A DNA stretch of 64,000 bases, from positions 890,606 to 954,605 of the forward strand of contig MU004196.1 in the NCBI GenBank assembly GCA_010093605.1, in the 5' to 3' direction. The notes under the pieces were generated by a model. The model was not told the DNA's origin. It searched no databases and saw only the letters and a list, made by a program, of their open reading frames with translations. Position numbers and translations under genes: made by a program. Source of the stretch: Lophium mytilinum. Lineage: Eukaryota. Below are positions 35,789-46,427 of this stretch, piece after piece. The stretch's first letter is position 1, and every line of letters begins with the position of its first letter.

Positions 35789-36355
35789 TCATCTCGGACC
35801 GCACCCGCACATACTTGTCCGTGTCTGTGAACTGGTCTCTGGCCTCTCACTTCCTTATACCCAATCACCAACCTACGGACCGACAGGCTCTAGTAAAACT
35901 TCTTGTATAAAATTTACCATTAGGTCCTCCTTATTAACCGCTTCTTACACGAAGCCTCTACCCTATTACTCCTATTACTCCCATTACTCCTATTACTCCC
36001 TTTACTTACACTTCTCACACTTCTTACACTTCTTACACTTCTTACACTTCTTACACTTCTTACACTTCTTACACTTCTTACACTTCTTACACTTCTTACA
36101 CTTCTTACACTTCTCACACTTCTTATACTTCTTACACTTTTTATATTACTTCTATTACTCCCATTACTTCTATTACTCCCATTACTCCCATTACTCCCAT
36201 TACTCCCATTACTCCCATTACGCGTCCACTAAGCCCTCGTCCTCTAACCTCCCTTCATGTTCCAAAACGCATATATCATCCACGCCACGTGCAACAGCTC
36301 TCTGCGCTTCAAATAGTCCCCTTTAGTAATTGCGAGGTTATTATCCGGTATTCAT
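35789..36355 (-). pseudogene. Probable RIP-inactivated 188-codon ORF with tripeptide tandem repeats
   Basis: ATG at 36355 to TGA at 35789 is exactly 189 codons in one frame. All internal stops are TAA/TAG, explainable as CAA/CAG/TGG after CpA/TpG transitions. Confidence 0.55.
35962..36221. repeat. Compound 9-bp tandem array: (C[C/T]ATTACTC)n-(ACACTTCTT)~15-(CCATTACTC)n
   Basis: Directly visible; variants differ mostly by C/T or G/A transitions. Confidence 0.95.
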
Positions 36356-37255
36356 CAATTAGCCTAGTAGCGTAGATAGATAGAGAACTCCCTCGGCGAT
36401 TGTTCTGTCCCCTGAGTAAAAAAGCTATTATCAACGATCAACAAACCCAAAAACGTCTGCTTTGTTCGCGCCGGACGACTACGTCCCAAAAAGAGATGCT
36501 AAAAGCGTAGAGGACAAGCATGTTAGCAATCACGCAACCCTCATTCCCCTACAAATAGCGCGGTAAGTCCCTGTTACCAATTGCGAACATACATCCCAAG
36601 AGCGCCTTCACAGCATCATCAAACCATCGGACCCAAAATATTCATTTCGCACTACCAATACACCCGCCCACCGGGCCCTCTATTACAACAACCCGCCACA
36701 CCGCAAACCCCATACCCGCACCGCCCGCAACCGTCCTCGCAACCATGCCGGGGCAGCAACCACTCAAGAAAGAATATCACAATAAAGGATTCCCCCCCAA
36801 GAAACCCCAACCCTTTCCCCGAACCGGCACCGCACCCTCTGACCCCAGATCCCCGCCCCTGCACATGCGAACAAAAGAAATAATTTGATTCCCAGAAAAG
36901 TAAAAGTCCCGGCCCCCTTAACCCGGGCCGGCCGTTTCTAACCCAGTAAAAAAGCGCCTTTTCGCTCTTCTAAAACCTGTAAGTTTCCCCTGATTTCGAA
37001 TTCCCTGTAGGCGACGTGTATGTTGCTGCACTAGCACACGTGCTCTCGTTTTTCTTATTCTCGATAAAACGCCGTATTTCATGCATGCTTTCGGTTCGTG
37101 ATTTGTAGTTTTGTTGGTTTCTTTAGATGTTTCAGTGTGTTGTTCGGTGTTGCGTTGCGTTGCGTCGGCTGAGGCGGCTGTCTGGTTTATTGATAGGAAA
37201 GCCACAGCAGCCCGGCGCCGACTAGCGCGACGAGAGTCCACTCCATCAAAGATAG

Positions 37256-38248
37256 TCAAGTCTGGCGGCACACGACGCTCAGCGGTAGACTGCGCATCTC
37301 TGGGGATGCGGCGGGCGAGTCTGCGCTGGCGAGACGCCATTTGTTCTGGCGGGCTGACCAGAGGACGGTGCGCTCGTCGAAGATTTCGATGAAGCATTCG
37401 TCGAGGATGCGCGCTTTCGGGTCTGCGTAAGTGTGGTACTCGCCGAAGATGGCTTCCAATTGCTCGCCTTGGCATTTGCGGAAGCACCCCGTGACGCAGC
37501 CGGTGCGGTGCTGAGCGCATTTTAGCCTTGAAGTCTAGGTTGCGCACGCTGGGGGCGAAGAGCTTTACGTACCTTTCCCTTGTTGCAGTGAACCAAGATA
37601 GGATGATTGCGCCTGTCCAGGAGGATCGAAAGTGCTGCCGTCATCTGGCACTGGGGAACGCGTACAGTCTCCTTGTTCGCCGGGATATGGACATGGAAGT
37701 GTTGTATTCCATTCGCATCCATGAAGTCCACGTTCGCGTCGGGGATCTTCTCGGGGACCAAGGTCCTGAGAAGATATTAGCGCAATCTTTTCAGATAGCA
37801 GTAGGTCCTTACAATATGCTCTTGAGCCCCAGCGTCTCCAAGAACTCGAAGTTTTCAGGCATCGGGTAGCTGCTGCGGTAGATGCTTCCAGGGACCACTG
37901 CGCCGAAGTTGGCGGGTGGGAGAAGCGACCGGAGGCGATCAGGGCACTTGTTCTCGACACGGGGCACGCGAGGTACTTCGATAGCGACTACCAGGAGTTC
38001 CGCGATTGCTATGAATAATACTTAGTCAGAGTTGCTCACGTTGTGAAGAGATGTATTGGGGGAGGCTTACGCTCTTCACGAGGTAGCTTGACAGCACCGG
38101 CTGGGACATCTTCGTGCGGCTTGCAAGCGACATGAGATAGACATTTCGTACATCCTGCTCCAGACGCGGCTTGTATAATACTACGATAATCTGTGAGGGC
38201 TTTGGGAGCCTCGCCATCGACAGCCTCCGGGGCTGTAGGGATAGACAT
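37256..38248 (-). CDS. SIW14: SIW14/OCA-family atypical dual-specificity (inositol pyrophosphate) phosphatase, multi-exon; start uncertain
   Basis: LLPPANFGAVVPGSIYRSSYP.PENFEFL..LGLKSI-LTLVPE; P-loop HCNKGK-HRTGC; EYHTYADPKAR.LDECFIE.FD. Confidence 0.85.
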
Positions 38249-39625
38249 GTCCGCGAAGTGGTGTAGAGGACGCGCCAAAAGGGCTCGAAAGTGCCCAGCG
38301 CTCTTGACGGTGGATGGGGTTATGGACTAGGACGGTGTAAAGAGGGTATTAGGGACGGGTGGGCGAGGGCGACGGGTTGCGAGTGTCGGGCGTGCTTCGA
38401 CACGAGGCCGAAGCGGTCCGGCAGGCGGAGCTGGAGAGCTTAAGAATGAGGATAGTGAGTTAGACGGGTCTGTCCATGGTGTACCAGAGCGAGGTGATGG
38501 ATGATTCGCGGGCTGCATTTCCCTGGAAGAGTGAATGACTTACCTACGGGTCAGGTCTGGGCTAGCACGGGCATCTTGACGAAGAAGCGAGGCTTTTTGG
38601 GTTAGAGAGCTTCATCGTGTGGTGGTGTGAAAGTGGCGTTTGAAGGCTTGTGGAGGACAAGAGGGAGAGGTGGTGGTGCGTGGAGAGGGAATGGCGGAGG
38701 AAGGCGTGGGATGTGGTGGTAGTGAGGGAGGTTAGCGATGGCGTTCCGTAATTCACTACACGGAGAAGCGGTGATTTCTGAGACGACCCTGCGTCGCGAC
38801 TTGCCAGCCTTGTTCACCAACTGTGGCTCGAAGCCAAACTGCGTCACCGCGCACATGTGCTGCTGGTGATTGGTGGGGGCGCGGCCAGGGAGCCGTGGGA
38901 GCCACAGTTCGAGCGGATGTGCCCGGTCAGGCCAGTGGAGCGACAAACCCGACTTCTTCCACTCACTACAAGAAAAACTCGTTGGCGAGGCCCGAAATGG
39001 CATTCCGTTCGCACCAAGCTCCTCGCTTCGACGTGCCCGGGTGAGGTGTCCTAGGCCATAGTCTGGCCAGTCTTGGCAGCCGAGAAACCAGCCGCTGCAG
39101 AGGTAAAAGAGACCGCAAATGGAGCTATCGTGGTGTACTAATTTTGCACTACTTTACAGCCTGTCTAGTAACATATAGTACACCTCAACACCTAGGAATA
39201 CTGTTGAATACGTCACAGTAGACAAATGACTTTAAAGGTCAAGAGATCACCCCGCGTGTTCATTGCACGGCCTCCCAAAGCCTCTGGCAGATTAAGTTTT
39301 TGTATTATTGCACCCATTGCATCCACCTGAGCTGCTGCGAGCCCTATGCTATCGTTCTTTCCATCTACGGTAAAAACCTCAAAATATCACACCATTAGAC
39401 GGTGAATGCTTGACGAGAAGTCGCATCGCAAACATGTGAAACTCGCCTCGGCCGCACCCAAAGCAGGCCTAGTGAGAGATCTCCCGGAAGCCCGTGACCT
39501 CAAATCATCCCAAGCTTCACTCCACTTCATATCTTACATCTACACCTCCATCTCCTTCATTCAAACCCCAATTATCTCGATCTCATAGCATACCACACCT
39601 CAATTCCACTCCAACCAACACAAAA

Positions 39626-40897
39626 ATGACCTCCACACCCCGCCGATCGCGGCGCTCCCATCCAAACCTCACCCACCTCTCCCTCGCACCCCTCTCCTCC
39701 AAATACCCCCTCGACGCCTCGACACCCCCCTCCCCCTCCTCCCCAACCGCCCAAACCCCCTCCTACATCGCCAACCGCTCCGCCCCAACCACCCCAGGAA
39801 TCCTCTCCCTCTCCCAATCCCGCAGCACCTCTGCAACCCGCTCCCGACGCCGCCCCAAAACCCCAACCGCCGCCTTCGCCCACGACGGCTACTTCCCCGC
39901 CACACCCACCGAAACCCCGCAACGCGCCGTCGGCGAGATCCCCAAGGCCAAAAGCACCAGCGTGCTCGTCCCCGGCCTCTCCTCCATCACTACGCCCGCG
40001 ACCCTCGCCATCGCCGGCGAGGGCAAGAAGCGCCACCACCTCCGCACCCGCACCGGCGGCGACTTCCGCCTCCCGACCCCGCTACAACGCCACCACACAA
40101 CCCACGAGGCTGCTGACGAGTGGCTGCACCGCGCAGGCCTGGCGATTGCGGGCGAGACGCGCGAGAGCAAGGGCCAGAGCTGGCTGGTGCGCCGCGCGAG
40201 CTCGACGAGTTTGGTGCGGCAGAGCGATGGGTGGGATGAGCATCCTAGCCACGAGCATGAGGGGGTGCAGCTCATGAAGTTGTTATCGGGCGAGCATTTT
40301 GAGGGCGGCGAGGCTGGGTGGGTCAGCAGTCCGAGGGTGCTGTCGCGGTTTGGGAGTCGGGCGGGGAGCAGGATACAGAGTGCGAGGGGGAGTCGGAGGG
40401 GGTCGAGGGTGTGGGGGAGTAAGGGGGATTTGGGCGGGATGACATATGTGCCAGGGGGTGGTGGGGAGGAGGGGTATTTTGGGGAGGAGGTGGTGGAGGC
40501 GGATTTTGTGGGGAGTGATGAGGAGAGTGTGGGGGATGAGGAGGAGGTGGCGAGGTTGGCGAGGGAGAGGGGCTTTGGTTTGGGTGGGTGGATGGACCGG
40601 TTAATGGGGTGGACGCTGTTCAGTGTTGAGGAAGATGGGGAGAGTAGTGATGAGGAGGGAGAGGAGGAGGAGGAGGCGCTGACGAGGGAAGAGGTGTTGT
40701 TGAAAAAGGAGGTGGAAGCAAAAAGGAGAAAGATGGAGCGGGAGACTATCATTGCCGCTTCGGCGGCGGGATCTAAGGGGAAAGAGGTTGAAAACGAGAA
40801 TGATGTCCCAATACCAGAGCTTGTCCCGGCGGAAGGTGAGGGTGGGTGGCAGGATGCTGCATGGCTTCTGAGCGTTGCATCAAAGGTCCTTTTGTGA
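39626..40897 (+). CDS. Fungal conserved protein, DUF3984-like
   Basis: RRSRRSHPNLTHLSLAPLS, SAPTTPGILS, EWLHRAGLAIAGETRESKGQSWLVRRASSTSL, C-terminal GGWQDAAWLLSVASKVLL. Confidence 0.75.
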   Translation: MTSTPRRSRRSHPNLTHLSLAPLSSKYPLDASTPPSPSSPTAQTPSYIANRSAPTTPGILSLSQSRSTSATRSRRRPKTPTAAFAHDGYFPATPTETPQRAVGEIPKAKSTSVLVPGLSSITTPATLAIAGEGKKRHHLRTRTGGDFRLPTPLQRHHTTHEAADEWLHRAGLAIAGETRESKGQSWLVRRASSTSLVRQSDGWDEHPSHEHEGVQLMKLLSGEHFEGGEAGWVSSPRVLSRFGSRAGSRIQSARGSRRGSRVWGSKGDLGGMTYVPGGGGEEGYFGEEVVEADFVGSDEESVGDEEEVARLARERGFGLGGWMDRLMGWTLFSVEEDGESSDEEGEEEEEALTREEVLLKKEVEAKRRKMERETIIAASAAGSKGKEVENENDVPIPELVPAEGEGGWQDAAWLLSVASKVLL

Positions 40898-40985
40898 GCG
40901 TTCTCATCGAAAATATTATAATTATACAATAGAGCTCTTTTGACGTCTATCTTTCATCTATTGCTGTTGCTCTGCCAGCGAAGAA

Positions 40986-43131
40986 TTATTTTCCTAAACA
41001 CCACACTACAACGTCTCCCCTTCTCCTGGAGTCGTCGTGGAAGTGTGTGTTGAACCTCCTCCAGCATTCGGTATATCTCGTTCCTCGGAGCACCTCCGTC
41101 ATCGTCTCTTCCAACTGTTCGAAGAAAACCAAGTATCGAGGCCAGGCTCTGGCTCTGAGGCTTTTATTCGCGATTACGGAAGCATCTCCCTCATCCGCGC
41201 CTTTGCCGATGCTATCGGCGCTCACTGTCCGCAAATCAGCCATATGCTTGTTAATCCAACCGGAAGGCCCCGGCTCAATGTAAAACTGGTCAGCCTCATC
41301 TAGGTACGCCCCTCGCTCGCTCAGAGGAACATCAAGCGGCGGCTCGCAAGTCAGCGCCCAGGCATCGATGCCTGGATGCACGAAATGGCTTCGCCACGGG
41401 GTGCTGTGACAGGGCATTAGAAAGCCCACGTCGAACGGCTCGAGCTGCTGTGTCTCGTGTTGGTGCCGCAGGTATGACATTACGTCGATGACCCCGCGTT
41501 GGTGCACTTGAGAGACATAGCCCGCAATGATGAGGTTGAGAAAGAGGAGGACAGCGAGGATGGCCTTGCGAGAGGTAGTGAGCGGATTCAAGAACGCGCT
41601 TAATGGGCCCGCGGCCAGAACGTGTAGGAAGGGTAGCACCGGGTACAAGAACCGCACTTCCTTGTGCGATATCAGGCTCATGGCAACGGCCACAGCGATA
41701 GTGGTGCATGCCAGACGTCTTAAAATGGTGCGCGCAAACGCATCCCGGGCACTTCGAGGCGCGGCAATTGCCGGGGGCTTCGGGAGGTTTTGCCAGATGC
41801 CCACGGCTGCAAAAGGCAACGCAGTGGTGAGCAGAAGCGGGACGCCCTCAGTCAGGTAGTAATCAGGGCGGTTTCTCCCGTAGAAGACGGCCAGCGATTG
41901 TGCAATGTTGAAGTACAGGAACCGGACCGGCGGGAGCGTCCAGAAGCCGTAGAAAAGCCTATCTGAGAGGGCGGATAATACGAGTACTGCGGATCTGAAA
42001 CAAAAGGCGAACGTTAGCTAATCCAATCAGCCAGCAATGTTGCTGAAGGAGCCGTCTGCAGTTGTCGTTCAGCTATAGGACCCACTTACCCGCATACCAG
42101 GACTTCTCGGACCAAGACATAACGCCCGCGAGTCGTAGCTCGCCACAGAGTCGGGACGGCGATGCAGGCCCAAATGAGGGCATTTGTGGGCCTGAGAATA
42201 CACGCAACAGCAGCTAAAAGTAGCGACAGTCTTAGCCTGTGATAGCGAGTGTGGGGAATCAGCTTCTCGGCACTACGGGATCGTGAAGGATGTTCGCGTA
42301 CTTGGATGGAGCGCCGACGGCGTTGCTCGCACAATGTTCTGGTTTGAGTGTGTCCTTATCTTTCGACGTGGTGTTGCTGCTAAGGTCAGGCCGTTGCCAA
42401 GGCCAGTGGTATACGGCAATCGACGTCAATGTTGTCTCGAGGCAATTAGACAAGGTGCGGGGAGCGCAGAACCACTGCCACGGGCTGCAGACCGATAACG
42501 CAAGCTGCCGAAACAAACAGGCAGATCAGCTCAGCTGTGCAGAACAAACAGACATAATCTTGCAGCGGAACGTACAGTGACCCATGCCGTGCGAGAGCTC
42601 CGGCCATAAATCTTCTGGGCTAGCCTCCACGTGTAACAATCGAGCAGCGCAGCAAAAACGGCCTGCACGACCTTGGGTGCGGCGAGAAGCAGCTCGGCTC
42701 GCAGGCGTGGAGAGGCCTGGCACAAATTGGCAAGCGTTGCCGCGACGTGATAGACGGCCGCAAATAGCGCTGGGTGCAGCGAAGAGCGCAGTTGGGCCCG
42801 CCATTCCTGCAGACATCGTGAGATTGCAGCCCAGACGGCCGATTGGCATGTGAGGGCGAAGACGGGATGGAAGCAAGAAGAAGACTCTGTATACCCATGT
42901 TATCCAGGCACCGGCATGCTGGCCAAATGCGAGCTGCCAGGCCGGCTCCAGGGACTGAAAGTACTCGTCCGGCTGGAAGAAGGTGCGGAGGGTTAGTGCG
43001 CTGACGATGCGGAGGGCCACCAGCAGCAGCAGTACGTATGGCGTGGACAGAGATTTCTCGCCAGTCGCGGGCCTCGTCGTGGCCGTCGCTCGGTGGCCGC
43101 CTCCAGCGCCGGGTCCGCGGCGGACAGGCAT
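40986..43131 (-). CDS. GPI10: GPI mannosyltransferase 3 (PIG-B, GT22), 5 exons
   Basis: [25 protein letters not shown]...[85 protein letters not shown]. Confidence 0.94.
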
Positions 43132-44286
43132 GGGCAATCAAATCAGGGCGTGAAGAAAAGCTGGCGGCCAGAAGCGTGCTGCTGTGATCAAGCTGGGACA
43201 GCTCGCGACGTCTGGAACGCTCGGGGTGCAGGCTGGCGGAGGACTGGTCGATGAAGAAGTCCAAGCGAGAGAGCACGGCCTGGGATGCGCTGCACACGGC
43301 CATTTTCATCGCGATACCGCCAGCCACAAGCGCTCCGTCAGGCACCGTTGTCGGACCAGCGTCCGTGCTGCGAAAAGCTTCCTATCGTGAAGTCCCACTC
43401 GGGCTTAGCGTGAGAAGGCGTGGTGTTGCGCGCGTGCCAAGGCAATATCGTGACAGCCTCCCACCCGATGGAGGATGTGACTGCTCACATTGCCGGTCGC
43501 CCCCGTCTCACCACTCTCGAGCGTCATTTACTGTTCGACCCCGCTGGTTCGAGTGCTGCCGCGCTGCGTGAGGAGGCGCATCGGCCGATCCGCGGAGAAG
43601 ATGTCGAGAACCGTGTCCCATTCACGGCGATCAGCAGACCGTGACAAGCGACAGGCTATGCAGCCAATCCCCGGGCCAGCTAGCAGCGGCTTTCCGTCTC
43701 GGCGTATGACGGACTCTGGCTGGGCGGTGGCGCTGGGATGGATGGTTCGCCGTCCTGCGCGGGAACCAACAAGCAAAAAGCGGAAAATCTGGGGAAAGCG
43801 GCTGATCCAGCAGGAGGGGTGACGGCCACCAGGCCACCCTCATCATGATGAGTCTCGGAATCAGCACCGCCGCCGAGCAACGTCGATGCGCAGAGCGCGG
43901 CTGGCAAAAGTGCAGGCCTTGACTGGCCTCCTGCAGCTCGTGGGCTTTCTGGGAGCGCTGCATAAGTGCAGCACCAGCGCCGCTGGCCCCGGACGGAAAG
44001 AAACTTTCTGCTGCGTCTGGCGGGGGTGTTGCCAGGTGTGCCAGGGCGCGAGGAGTGTCCTGCGTATGTGTCCTGCGTAGAGCATCTGATGTCCGTGGTT
44101 CATATCAAATGGCGTTGAGTGTTGAAGCCGATCGTTTGGTTGAGGCCTCACCACCAGCCCTGCTGGGGCAGCCTGCAGCTTGTGCAGCGAATTGCAAGGC
44201 ATCGTCACTGCCCCCAGCATGCCCAGAAGACGCCCTCTCTGCTCGCGGCTTAGGGCCGGTTCGTGAGCGGCGTGCACCCTTCCCAT

Positions 44287-45729
44287 GCACGCGGGGGACA
44301 AAAAAAGCCGTACACCGTAAGCGAGCTGGCACACCGCCCCACTAAAATTTAGCCTGCCCCTAATGCTCCACCACCACAACTACATTCACTCATGGCTGAC
44401 AACGCTGCTCATTCAGACCACGAGACACCGGTTAAGGCTAAGGTTAAAGGGGCCATTAAATTCCTTAAAGCCAAAGGCATAAAGGGGCAAAAGGAGGATG
44501 TTTTTAGGCACTTTAAAGTGTCCCATACCGAGGGCTATTAGATGCTCTCAAATCACCTAAGAAGACACTATAACAATCCTGAAGTGGAGGAGAATAGGGG
44601 CAGGAAGTCCCTTATCTCTTAGCAGGACCTAAAGAACATGGAGGGTATTCTTAAAGAGCATAGCTTCTCAGCAAGAGCATTTAGCTGGGAGCAGCTAGCC
44701 TATAAAGCTGGCATAGAGGATCAGTATAGGGATATTATAGCTGGCAAGACTATTAAGCGTGTAATAGGTAGAATAGATTATCACAAGTGCATTGCCTGCA
44801 AGAAAGAATGGGTAAGTAATAGTATAGTAAAGAATTAAAAGGAGTATGCCAAAGTTATGCTTAAGAGGTACCTAGAACTAGAGAATTAGTGGAGAGTTTA
44901 CTTTTCAGATAAATGCCATTAGGGCATTAGACCACAAGGTACATTTCTTATGCCTTAGCGTTTAATTCTTATGCTTCGGCGTCCAATTCTTATGCTCTAC
45001 AGGCAAGCTTTAAATTATCTAAAAACCAGGTGAACGCTACTGCCATAATTGCATTCAACAAGAGGATAATCGGCAGGTAGAGAATGCTCAAAAACGGCTG
45101 CATTCTTAGGCTGCTGCCGGCCATAACTTTATATCTCTATTGCATTTCTACAATATTCCAAGTAATAAGAATAGGAAGATAACACACGTGGGGTATATTG
45201 ATATTCTTAACACCATGGTAAAGCCCTGGCTTAATGCTAAAGAGAACTTTATCTTAGAGGAAGATAGGGATTCTAGGCATGGCATAGGCAAGAAGAACAT
45301 TATTTAGACGTAGAAAGAAGAGAATAGTCTTAAATCATACTTTAATTGTTATAATTCACTAGATCTAGCCCCTATTAAGAACTGCTGGCAGCCTCTAAAG
45401 CAGTATATTAAGAAGTTCCCTCACTGGGATAAGGATACAACAAGAGAATTAGCTTAAGAAGGATGGGATAAGATAAGAAGAGACTATTCATTCATTAATT
45501 GAAAGGTGGACTTAATGCCTAAGAGGCTGCAGGCTGTTATTAATCAGGACGGCCAATTGACAGGCTACTAGCTAGTGAATGTATATTTGTGTCCCATATT
45601 ATGCTCCTGTAACATCTGCATGCTGCTGGCCATTAATTTGGCTGTATTCCTCGTACAAAGTTGATGGTTGAGGCATTTGGTGGTCGCGGCGTCATTTCGG
45701 GTGTACGGCTTTTTTTGTCCCCCGCGTGC
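44287..45729 (+). mobile_element. Tc1/mariner (IS630-Tc1-mariner) DNA transposon, full length 1443 bp, RIP-mutated
   Basis: Perfect 30-bp TIRs GCACGCGGGGGACAAAAAAAGCCGTACACC (44287-44316 and 45700-45729); AT/TpA-rich interior encoding a transposase relic; CAT on both flanks. Confidence 0.92.
44392..45571 (+). pseudogene. DD37E-type Tc1-like transposase pseudogene with probable intron 44939-45002
   Basis: Translates as HETPVKAKVKGA..., WRVYFSD(K<E)CH, KPGERYC..CIQ, FILEEDRDSRHG, S(L<P)DLAPI(K<E)NCW, MPKRLQAVI..DGQLTGY*; many TAG/TAA stops. Confidence 0.88.
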
Positions 45730-46427
45730 CATGGTGGGCGGCGGCCATTGACATATCGACGTCTGCGCGACCCATTATTGCTCGGTCCGCCTAGCCTGCG
45801 AAGCCCTCTTTCATCCTTTGTCTGCTGCCCCATACCGCGCCCCCGTTAGCGTATCACTTACCTTTTATTGCCAGTCCCCAGAGAAGGCCCGCGGTGCTTC
45901 GTAGGTAGCGCCATCTGCGCCCGAGCCTCCCACCCTACCCTCGTCCCGCTCTCGTCACAAAGGCCAGGGCGTCGCCGTGAAGCCATCGTCATAAATTTCC
46001 TCCTTGTGCCATTGCCAGGTAAATCGCGGCTGGTGCCCCTCTTCGCGTACCGCCACACACGCACCCAGACTGATCTGCTTGTTGCGAGCCCATAGTGTCC
46101 AAACTCGTCGTCAAAGGTGGTAGACTGCGTATATCGCCCTCGAGAGTCACCACACCACCACGGCCGTCGGTACTCTACCAACCCAAGCACCCCAGCCCGC
46201 CACCGCCCGCGCCCCCATATTGGAGCCTTCGCAGATTCTGGCAGTTACGTCTGTCTGAATTGTCGCCGTCTGTGAAGCCTCTCCCCTCCCAGTCGCGGCT
46301 ACACAGGATGATACGGCCTCCACACACTGTCTCCGTGGTCTACGCCTAGCAACACTCGAGCTCTGCGCAATAATATGGGAAACTGCGCGCCTACATTTCT
46401 TGGAGAACCGGCCTGAGCGCCTGAACC

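Noticed and set aside
35781..36326. Plus-strand 181-aa ORF with (FLH)n/(YSH)n
   Set aside because: TTG start and open only because the repeat lacks stops in that frame; the minus-strand RIP-damaged frame explains the variants better.
43140..44280. GC-rich stretch with many overlapping ORFs between GPI10 and the transposon
   Set aside because: No recognisable domain, repeat or splice pattern; treated as intergenic.
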